In this document: piece after piece, positions 8,069-15,569 of the stretch
Position numbering within the stretch: position 1 is the stretch's first letter
Layout: every line of letters begins with the position of its first letter
IMG/VR virus record: IMGVR_UViG_3300033153_003603
Coordinates: 1-21,603 of that record
Strand: one strand, 5' to 3'
DNA: 21,603 nucleotides
Origin: a virus
Made by a program: the position numbers and the translations under genes
The notes under the pieces: generated by a model
What the model was told of the DNA's origin: nothing
What the model saw: the letters and a program-made list of their open reading frames with translations, nothing else
The model's database searches: none

Positions 8069-8121
8069 TAGGGGGCTTCTGAAAGGGTGGGTGTGCCTCC
8101 CGCCTGCCCTACCCCCTATTT
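8069..8121 (+). terminator. Long GC-rich hairpin, weak terminator or mRNA-stabilising element
   Basis: TAGGGGG 8069-8075 / CCCCCTA 8112-8118; inner AGGGTGGGT 8084-8092 / GCCTGCCCT 8102-8110; only TTT follows. Confidence 0.5.
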
Positions 8122-8134
8122 GAAAGGAAACAAT

Positions 8135-8434
8135 ATGTGTGAACGTGGCGATACAGTAAAGTGTAATGTATTAGGAAGAGGCGTTATGATTGATAGATGT
8201 ATCGTACCGATTATTAATGCTTTGAATGAATGTGGATTGGTAACTGCTGAAAGCTGTTGCGGGCATGGTGAAACAGAAGGGCATATATTGTTTTATCAGG
8301 ATGGAAAGCCGAGATTGATGGTATTGTATGAGAGAGGCGAGCCGTCAATAGAAATGTACCAAAAAAAGTATCGTAAATATGCGGAAGAATCAGAAGAGAA
8401 AACAAAACGGAAGAGGAGGAAAAATAAACTATGA
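8135..8434 (+). CDS. Hypothetical protein, 99 aa, with a D..I...N..G..T..SC.GH (TYW3-like) motif
   Basis: AAAGGA RBS 8123-8128 supports ATG 8135 rather than the track's 8087; basic C-terminal tail. Confidence 0.7.
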   Translation: MCERGDTVKCNVLGRGVMIDRCIVPIINALNECGLVTAESCCGHGETEGHILFYQDGKPRLMVLYERGEPSIEMYQKKYRKYAEESEEKTKRKRRKNKL

Positions 8435-8553
8435 ATTTACGAAAACTTGTTGAGGAAATTAAGACAGAAAATGATGTTGTCGATTACAGAAAAAAGGTTG
8501 CAGATGAGATCGAGAAGTTGAAAGAAAAAGAAGAACACAGAACAAGGATATAA
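8431..8553 (+). CDS. Hypothetical charged helical peptide, 40 aa (MNLRKLVEEIK...EHRTRI), not in ORF track
   Basis: ATGA overlap with the upstream stop, GAGGAGG at 8413-8419, TAA 8551-8553 just before the next ATG. Confidence 0.55.
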   Translation: MNLRKLVEEIKTENDVVDYRKKVADEIEKLKEKEEHRTRI

Positions 8554-8557
8554 AATA

Positions 8558-9154
8558 ATGGCTTTTGATCCGTCAATAGATACTGATAATAATCTTGTCG
8601 ATCTTGATACTGCTAATGCGTTTGTCAATGGTGATACGGGCAATGCTGATCAGCAGAAGATACTGACATATTATATTAATAGTGCAAGTGCATTTTGTAA
8701 TCTATATACCGACAGGAAACTGAAGAGCCGGGAATTAACAGAATATTACAGCGGAGACGGCACGAATAGTATAATAACAAATGAATACCCGGTAACAGAG
8801 ATAACAGCGGTATATGATGATCTCAATAGAACGTATGGGAGCGATACTTTAATAGATAGTGATGATCTTGCTATATTACCAGATGGGCTTGCGTATAAAA
8901 TAGTGTATGATGGCGGAGTGTTTCAGGTCGGTATTCGGAATCTGAAAGTACAATATACAGCAGGTTATACATCGATACCGAATGACCTGCAACAGGCATG
9001 TTTGGAAGTGGTAGCGTATTATTTTAAGAATACCGAAGAAAACCGGTCCGGTGTTACAACAAGGACAATGGGCGGGGGTTCTGTTACGGTAGAAACGACA
9101 GATATACCGAAAAGTGCATTGAGAATATTGGAAAGATATAAAAGAAAATGGTAA
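8558..9154 (+). CDS. Head-tail connector/adaptor (HK97 gp6 / SPP1 gp15-like)
   Basis: LVDLDTANAF...YYINSASAFCNLYTDRKL; YTAGYTSIPNDLQQACLEVVAYYF; IPKSALRILERYK; synteny. Confidence 0.8.
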   Translation: MAFDPSIDTDNNLVDLDTANAFVNGDTGNADQQKILTYYINSASAFCNLYTDRKLKSRELTEYYSGDGTNSIITNEYPVTEITAVYDDLNRTYGSDTLIDSDDLAILPDGLAYKIVYDGGVFQVGIRNLKVQYTAGYTSIPNDLQQACLEVVAYYFKNTEENRSGVTTRTMGGGSVTVETTDIPKSALRILERYKRKW

Positions 9155-9171
9155 AAGAATGGTAAACAAGA

Positions 9172-9612
9172 ATGGCTGATATAAGAATAAGTTTTGATGA
9201 CGAGAGGGTGCGGAACGCATTAAATAAATTGATGCGGCATATCCCGAAAATCGTTGAAAGGCCGATGATGGTAGTGGCACAAACAATTGCTGGTATAAGT
9301 CAGGAACATTACTTGCGTGGGCCGAAACCTGACAGGTTAGCAGTTGCTACTGGTAGTTTGCGTAAATCTATCAGCTCAAAAGTAGAAGTAAAGGGAGAAG
9401 AGGTAATAGGATATGTTGGAACTAATGTCGTATCACCGGGTGGGTTTAATTACCCGGCATATTGGGAATTCCACGGACGGAAGGGGAAGCCGAGACCGTT
9501 CTTGACGCCAGCAAGAGAGAACCACCGGGAAAAGTGGTGGGGGGTATTTGTTAAAGAATTAAAAAAAGAGATGCGGGAATATTTGAACAGGTTAAGCAGG
9601 GGAGTAGGTTAA
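9172..9612 (+). CDS. Neck/tail-completion protein, HK97 gp10-like
   Basis: TGSLRKSI...VGTNV...YPAYWEF...PRPFLTPA motif set. Confidence 0.8.
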   Translation: MADIRISFDDERVRNALNKLMRHIPKIVERPMMVVAQTIAGISQEHYLRGPKPDRLAVATGSLRKSISSKVEVKGEEVIGYVGTNVVSPGGFNYPAYWEFHGRKGKPRPFLTPARENHREKWWGVFVKELKKEMREYLNRLSRGVG

Positions 9613-9615
9613 TAG

Positions 9616-10065
9616 ATGAGTAAAAGAGAAGATATACTCGATAATGTTGTGACGACATTAGGTGGAATAAAAAAATCTCAAGGTTATAATAATGATATAG
9701 GGCTTGTTACACGAGAAGTCAACGATTGGAATAAGTTGTTACCGAATCAGAAACCGGCGGCTATGGTGTTTTGGACATCGGACGACAAAGAAACAGAGAC
9801 AATTAGTTTATCAGGTCAATACGTATTATCGACGTTGAATCTGGTAATCAGAGGGGTTGTATATGCAAAAAGCGGGCTGGAAGAAGCGTTGAATGATTTT
9901 GCAGAAGATATTGAAACTATAATGGCGGTCGATGAAGAGCGAGACAGTAATGCGAATTATACTATACCCCGCAGAATAACAGTATATCAGGGTGAAGACA
10001 GTTATAATATAATATTCGATTATGAATTTGTAATCGGATATCATTATGTGTATGGCAGCCCATAA
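9616..10065 (+). CDS. Tail terminator-like protein
   Basis: SKREDILDNVVTTL start, acidic, 149 aa, between gp10-like and tail tube genes. Confidence 0.6.
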   Translation: MSKREDILDNVVTTLGGIKKSQGYNNDIGLVTREVNDWNKLLPNQKPAAMVFWTSDDKETETISLSGQYVLSTLNLVIRGVVYAKSGLEEALNDFAEDIETIMAVDEERDSNANYTIPRRITVYQGEDSYNIIFDYEFVIGYHYVYGSP

Positions 10066-10133
10066 AACTTAGTTTACTAAGAAAAAAACTTAGGTGCTAA
10101 GAAAAATAAGGAAGGATAAAAGGGAAGGATAAA

Positions 10134-10376
10134 ATGAAAAGAGTTAAAACAAAAGAACCGTTTATTACGAAGGCGCACAGAGTGATATGCAAAAAGCCTG
10201 GCGAGATTATCAATATGCCGGATGAGGATTATGAAGAGGTTAAAAGCAAAGTGGTAGTTATCAGTGGTACAGAAGATGAAAAGAAAGACGAAAAAAAAGA
10301 GGAAAAGAAAAGAATAAAACTAAAACCAGAACTAAAACCAGAACTAAAACAAGAAAAAGTAGAGGAGGGTTATTAA
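10134..10376 (+). CDS. Small hypothetical virion-associated protein with low-complexity K/E tail
   Basis: GGAAGGA RBS; KPGEIINMPDED; 12-nt tandem repeat TAAAACCAGAAC (10321-10344) encoding KPEL twice. Confidence 0.65.
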   Translation: MKRVKTKEPFITKAHRVICKKPGEIINMPDEDYEEVKSKVVVISGTEDEKKDEKKEEKKRIKLKPELKPELKQEKVEEGY

Positions 10377-10377
10377 A

Positions 10378-11355
10378 ATGCCATTAGGAATAGGAGCAGC
10401 TGGAAGAGCAGGAATTGGTAAAGAAACAACGTGGGGGGAGGCTGTAACAGTAGACACGTTCATCGAGTTATTGACACCGGAAGATGTGCGGAACGATGTT
10501 GAGAAGTTAGAAGCAGGCTTCCTCATGGGATCGAGAAACAACTACAAGTACTATAAGGGGATTGAGGATATAGGCGGTACATTCTCGATGGTTTTGAATC
10601 CTGATAATATCGGGTTACTTTTGTATATGGCTTTGGGCGTGGAAGCTGATCCGGCGCAGGTTGATGAGACTACTGCTTATGACCATGATTTTACGCCGGC
10701 GGGCACGGATACAGACCTTGGGAGTTTTACCCTTGAGATCGAGCGGGATATTACCTGTTGTATCTATGCCGGATGTACAATTAACAACATGACATTGACG
10801 GCGGCAAAGGGATCACTTATTACTGCTGATTTTGAGATTGTCGGAAAATCAGAATTAGATGACCAGAGCCCGCAGCAACTAGAACCGAGTACAAGAATAC
10901 CTTATATGTTCCATCAAGGTTCGCTTGCTATTAATACGGTCGATGTTGCATATGTTAATAGCTTTAATTTCACGTATGGTAACAATCTTGATGTTGATGG
11001 CGGGTTTGTCCTGAATGGTAGCAGGAATCGGGCGCATGCTTATAAACAGGGCGGGACACTAACCGGTTCGATGGAATTAGAATGGACAAGTGATTCAGAC
11101 GATTTAAGGGACGCTTATCTCGATAATACCCAAAAACAACTAACATTAACGATAACAAGCACTGAGGAAATCGAAGCTGGGTATTACTACACCTTAACGG
11201 TAGATATACCAAAGGTGCATATCATGGGTGATCCGCCGGTATTAAGCTCTCGGGACAGGACGCCGTTTACCGTTAATTTTGAGGCGGTGTACGATGCTAC
11301 TAATTTTGTCAAGATTACGCACAGAGATGCACAAGATGCTAAATGGAGCGCATAA
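10378..11355 (+). CDS. Major tail (tube) protein
   Basis: GIGKETTWG start, SFTLEIER, YAGCTINNMTL, GTLTGSMELEW; GGAGG RBS; precedes chaperones and tape measure. Confidence 0.85.
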   Translation: MPLGIGAAGRAGIGKETTWGEAVTVDTFIELLTPEDVRNDVEKLEAGFLMGSRNNYKYYKGIEDIGGTFSMVLNPDNIGLLLYMALGVEADPAQVDETTAYDHDFTPAGTDTDLGSFTLEIERDITCCIYAGCTINNMTLTAAKGSLITADFEIVGKSELDDQSPQQLEPSTRIPYMFHQGSLAINTVDVAYVNSFNFTYGNNLDVDGGFVLNGSRNRAHAYKQGGTLTGSMELEWTSDSDDLRDAYLDNTQKQLTLTITSTEEIEAGYYYTLTVDIPKVHIMGDPPVLSSRDRTPFTVNFEAVYDATNFVKITHRDAQDAKWSA

Positions 11356-11377
11356 ATAATGAATGGAGGCTTTTAAT

Positions 11378-11683
11378 ATGAAATACAATGTTGATAGTAT
11401 CAAGATGTCAGAAACAAAAGAAGTTGATATATCGGAGTATATCCCATCGGCAACAGAACCAGTAAGAAATACGATTGAAATAAAAAATACTGAATGGTTT
11501 ACAGAAGCGAGGAAGATTGAACTGTTAAACGGTGTGTTGGTCGATGATAATTTTCCGTTTGAGAAATGGGACGAAAAGACAATCGATGAAATAGATGAGC
11601 GATGCCCGGAATTGATACAATATTTACAGGATGAAATACAGGAATTCAATCGCCCTTTAGCCGAGAAGAACAACGAGAAATAG
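11378..11683 (+). CDS. Tail assembly chaperone (lambda G analogue), 101 aa
   Basis: Between tube and tape measure genes; GGAGG 11365-11369 favours ATG 11378; contains slippery C CCT TTA at 11653-11659. Confidence 0.75.
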   Translation: MKYNVDSIKMSETKEVDISEYIPSATEPVRNTIEIKNTEWFTEARKIELLNGVLVDDNFPFEKWDEKTIDEIDERCPELIQYLQDEIQEFNRPLAEKNNEK

Positions 11684-11949
11684 AACAAGTTACGAAATGG
11701 GTGTACCACAGATATCCTTTTCCTTATGGCACAAAACAGTATTTTCAATACATGAAATGGTACTGGTGGATAGAATCATATTGTTATATGCGGGATATGC
11801 AAGTATTACCAGGTGAGGGCGGGTATCATGATCAGGATTGGAAATATATGGAAATATATAATATTATCCGGTCAGCAATAATCAAGGAACAGAATAGAGA
11901 ACAAAGTAGAGGGTTGCAGCAGATAAGGAAAAGGCATGGCAAAATGTGA
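11653..11949 (+). CDS. -1 frameshift extension of the tail chaperone (lambda T analogue)
   Basis: The -1 frame is open from the heptamer (CCC TTT AGC CGA GAA...) into the track ORF 11701-11949, which has no good RBS. Confidence 0.7.
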   Translation, partial: PFSREEQREIEQVTKWVYHRYPFPYGTKQYFQYMKWYWWIESYCYMRDMQVLPGEGGYHDQDWKYMEIYNIIRSAIIKEQNREQSRGLQQIRKRHGKM

Positions 11950-13852
11950 AGATGCTGAAATAGCTATTGTCGCAAAAGATAAAACAGGCGACGGAGTAAA
12001 ATCTGCAAAGTCCAAGATCGGCAAATTAACAAAGACTATTAAAAATTATTGGGCTGAAATAGCAGTTGTTGCAGGGACTATTTATGGAGCCATAAAGGCT
12101 GTTAAGAGTCTCACCGATGCTTATGGATTACAAGAAGAAGCAGAAACAAAATTAACAGCCGCATTAAAAGCGACCGGTCGATATAGCGAATCTACAGAAA
12201 CTGCGTTACATAATTTTGCAAAAGAGATGCAAAATGCTACCGGAATCGGTGATGAATTGACGATTGCCGCTGCCGGTATAATGACCACATTTACAAATAT
12301 TGCCACAGAAACTTTCCCGGATGCACTTGAAGCCGCCGCAAATATGTCAAAAATGTTTGGGCAAGATTTACAACAATCTATAATCCAGCTTGGTACAGCC
12401 CTGAATGATCCCATTGCTGGGGTTGGAAGATTAAAACGAATTGGCATATCTTTTAGCGAAGAACAGAAAAAATCAATTGAACTTTTCATGGAACAAAACG
12501 ATATCATGTCTGCTCAGCGGGTGATATTGGATGAATTGGAGCTTGAAATCGGCGGTGTAGCCAGGGCAATGGGCAAAACATGGAAAGGACAAACTGAAAT
12601 ATTGACAGCAGCATTTGGCGATCTGAAAGAAGAAATGGGACGAGTCATAGTCAATAGAATGGAGCCAATGTTGCCTGTAATAACCAGAATGGTAACAGCT
12701 ACTAAAGATTGGATTAAACAGAAAAATGATTTGCGAGAAGCATATAAACTTGTAAATAAAGAAATGGAAGGTACGATTAAATTAACAAGAATACAATTAT
12801 TACAAGCAGAACAAGATGTTGCGCTTCATGAATTAAAAAAACTAAAAAAACAAGCTGAATTAGAAGTAACGACTTCAACGCTTGGAAGTCTTAAAACCGA
12901 AATAAGTACTATCTATGATATGATAGCTGCAATGGAGAATGAAATAGAAACACGAGGTAAAGTTATACATAGTTTACTACTTAATATGGAAAAAGCGAAA
13001 GAAGGGAAAGAAGCAATTAAAGATAGAAGTGACGCCCTTAAGGATGAAGAGGAAATCATACTAGAATGGCGTGATCAAATGGCATTAGCTGGGCTTGATG
13101 CAGCATTTTTTACAAATGCTACACAAACAGCGAAAGATGCCATTGAGGAAACAACAACTGCTATTGGAAACAATACAACTACTATTGGAAACAATACAAC
13201 TACTATTGGAAACAATATGACTGCTATTGCTAACTTGTATGGTGTGTATTCACGATTCGGAGATATAGTAAGAGAGAATAGAGATGCGATTGAATCTTAT
13301 AATCAACATCTTGAAGATTTAAGATTAACAAAAGAAAAGTTACAAATTCTTACGGCTGGGGCGCTTACGGAAGCTTTTATCAATTTTGCCAATGCAACGG
13401 GAACAGTACAAGATAAATTAAAAGATTTGATAAAGGACGCTCTGGCGGGAATACTTAGAGCCATAGGAGAGCAATTACTTGCTATAGCAGCATGGCTAAC
13501 AGTGGGTTTTCAATTCGGTAAAGCGGCAATTGCTGCTGCCGCGGGTGTAGCGGCCATAATAGCTTCAAATGAAGTTAAAAATTGGCAACAGGGTGGTATT
13601 ATTGAAGCGCAGCAGGGTTATGGTGGTGGTGATATTGTACCAGCAATGCTTGAACCAGGTGAAATGGTTATACCGAAAGAAGTAGTACGAAATAATACGG
13701 CAGAACTAAATGCAATGGTATCAGGACAAGGGGGGCAGGGGAGTGCGACTAATGTTATTAATGTATATCTCGATGGTAAAAAGTTACAGGGTGTCATAAC
13801 AAAGTGGACGGAAAACGGACAACTGAGAATAGCGCCGAGGGCTGTTAGATGA
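11936..13852 (+). CDS. Tail tape measure protein, 638 aa
   Basis: Long Ala/Leu/Lys-rich helical ORF after the chaperones; QLGTALNDPIAG; C-terminal GGGDIVPAMLEPGEMVIP typical of TMP ends. Confidence 0.9.
   Translation: MAKCEDAEIAIVAKDKTGDGVKSAKSKIGKLTKTIKNYWAEIAVVAGTIYGAIKAVKSLTDAYGLQEEAETKLTAALKATGRYSESTETALHNFAKEMQNATGIGDELTIAAAGIMTTFTNIATETFPDALEAAANMSKMFGQDLQQSIIQLGTALNDPIAGVGRLKRIGISFSEEQKKSIELFMEQNDIMSAQRVILDELELEIGGVARAMGKTWKGQTEILTAAFGDLKEEMGRVIVNRMEPMLPVITRMVTATKDWIKQKNDLREAYKLVNKEMEGTIKLTRIQLLQAEQDVALHELKKLKKQAELEVTTSTLGSLKTEISTIYDMIAAMENEIETRGKVIHSLLLNMEKAKEGKEAIKDRSDALKDEEEIILEWRDQMALAGLDAAFFTNATQTAKDAIEETTTAIGNNTTTIGNNTTTIGNNMTAIANLYGVYSRFGDIVRENRDAIESYNQHLEDLRLTKEKLQILTAGALTEAFINFANATGTVQDKLKDLIKDALAGILRAIGEQLLAIAAWLTVGFQFGKAAIAAAAGVAAIIASNEVKNWQQGGIIEAQQGYGGGDIVPAMLEPGEMVIPKEVVRNNTAELNAMVSGQGGQGSATNVINVYLDGKKLQGVITKWTENGQLRIAPRAVR
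13161..13229 (+). repeat. 21-nt tandem repeat (about 3.3 copies) encoding IGNNTTT heptads in the tape measure
   Basis: CTATTGGAAACAATACAACTA at 13161 and 13182, variant at 13203, partial at 13224. Confidence 0.95.
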
Positions 13853-14595
13853 GAATATTCTGGAATAACGAACTCGATAAATATACGTTATCGGCGAACA
13901 GTGAGAACAGCTATTATCCGGTCGCAAATGTACAGGATTATCAACTAGCAAAAGTGTACAGGTCTACGGACGATACTTCTGAATGGGTAAAAGTTGACGC
14001 CGGCAGTGGGAATACTATAACCGCTACGGGGGCTTGTATATTAGGGCATAATCTAACCAATGGTGGAACGTATAAAATACAGGGCAATGCTACCGATAGC
14101 TGGGGATCGCCGTCACTTGATGAAACTTTTACTTATAATTCAGATATTATGATCGAGACATTTGATTCAGCGGAATACAGGTTTTGGCGGTTCAGTTTAG
14201 CGGATGATTCAAACCCGGATACTTATTTAGAGATAGGGCGCTTATTTCTTGGAACTTATTTAGAGTTTGCCGATCAGCCGTCAAAAGATTTTCCGTTATC
14301 ATATGAGGATACCTCCTCGGTAGAATACTCGATTACCGGGCAGGCTTTTGGTGATGAAGGAATTATCTACAAGTTATATAATTTCAAATATCCGTACTGG
14401 ACGGATACGGTACGGAAAAATGTAGTAACAATGATCGAGGATATTAAACTTGTAAAACCGGTTATTCTTGTACCGGATGAAGACAATACAGATAAACTCG
14501 TTCCTGTGTATGCTAAATTAAATGACAATCTATCACTGAATCATCTCGTTGCGTATGCGTGGAATTCAACATTGAGTTTTCGTGAAGTGAAATGA
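13849..14595 (+). CDS. Distal tail (Dit-like) protein with probable N-terminal jelly-roll domain
   Basis: ATGA overlap with TMP stop; YRFWRF...YLEIGRLFLG motif; synteny. Confidence 0.55.
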   Translation: MRIFWNNELDKYTLSANSENSYYPVANVQDYQLAKVYRSTDDTSEWVKVDAGSGNTITATGACILGHNLTNGGTYKIQGNATDSWGSPSLDETFTYNSDIMIETFDSAEYRFWRFSLADDSNPDTYLEIGRLFLGTYLEFADQPSKDFPLSYEDTSSVEYSITGQAFGDEGIIYKLYNFKYPYWTDTVRKNVVTMIEDIKLVKPVILVPDEDNTDKLVPVYAKLNDNLSLNHLVAYAWNSTLSFREVK

Positions 14596-14630
14596 TGAAA
14601 TTGAATTATATGAATTAAAGGAGCTTTATT

Positions 14631-15551
14631 ATGTCGGCGACAAAAATATCGGACTATTCAATCGGTGGTTCTAACTGGACGGAACTACTAACAACAATCG
14701 AAAAACAGCGTAAGGGCTATAATGGTATATCTCTTACGAATTACGACAATAATTCCCTACCAGCGATAGCAGCAGGTTCTTACTTTGAGATATCGGGTGC
14801 TTTGTATGGTTTCGAATCTGAAGAGGCTATCACGGGTTCTCCATCGAGTGGGAACATAAACTATATCTATATTAATGGCACAACGTTTGTACCTGTTTGG
14901 ACAACGACAGCACCAACATGGAGCGATGCTAAAAACGGCTGGTATGATGCGAGTGAAACCCATAGATATGTTGCAGGTTGTTATTATGACGGAGCAAATT
15001 ATACGGGAAAGTGGGTTTATGTAAACAATCGTGATGCTTTAAATATTTTAGATCACATTAAAGATGGAACAACTTATGGAAAGGTGAAGAATACAAATCT
15101 TACAAATAACGATGTAGATTTAGCCAAAGTAATCGGTGACCTTGATGACATTGAAGATGGAACAACTTATGGAAAAACAAAAAATAATAATCTTGTAAAC
15201 GGTCAACCTTCGGAAGTTTTATCGGTAGAAGATCAGGGGGGGATTGCTACAAATGGATTAAAGATTAAAATACTCAATATAGGTGATTGGAATATGGACA
15301 GTACGTATAGTGTTAATATACCACATGGCTTGAATTATAGTGATATCCTATTTGCTTGGGCAATAATTAGAACCGATACAGATGGTGCTAGATATCCTCT
15401 TGTTGGTCAATATACGACACAAGGTGGTGGTCTTAGTTATTCTTCTACGAATGTTAATTTATATCGATTAGAAAACGGGCATTTCGATGGTGCAAATTAT
15501 GATTCTACATCTTATAACCGTGGATGGATAATAATATTGTATAAAGCATAA
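14631..15551 (+). CDS. Tail tip/fibre-associated structural protein, 306 aa
   Basis: AAAGGAG RBS; Gly/Asn/Tyr/Thr-rich; internal DGTTYGK repeat; location in tail tip module. Confidence 0.55.
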   Translation: MSATKISDYSIGGSNWTELLTTIEKQRKGYNGISLTNYDNNSLPAIAAGSYFEISGALYGFESEEAITGSPSSGNINYIYINGTTFVPVWTTTAPTWSDAKNGWYDASETHRYVAGCYYDGANYTGKWVYVNNRDALNILDHIKDGTTYGKVKNTNLTNNDVDLAKVIGDLDDIEDGTTYGKTKNNNLVNGQPSEVLSVEDQGGIATNGLKIKILNIGDWNMDSTYSVNIPHGLNYSDILFAWAIIRTDTDGARYPLVGQYTTQGGGLSYSSTNVNLYRLENGHFDGANYDSTSYNRGWIIILYKA

Positions 15552-15569
15552 CAATATGAGGATAGCATT

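Noticed and set aside
9145-9176. Triple AAGAATGG-like repeat between adaptor and gp10-like genes
   Set aside because: Very short and A-rich; most simply local slippage with no evident function.
13161-13229. CRISPR array
   Set aside because: Repeats are contiguous, in frame in a CDS and have no spacers.
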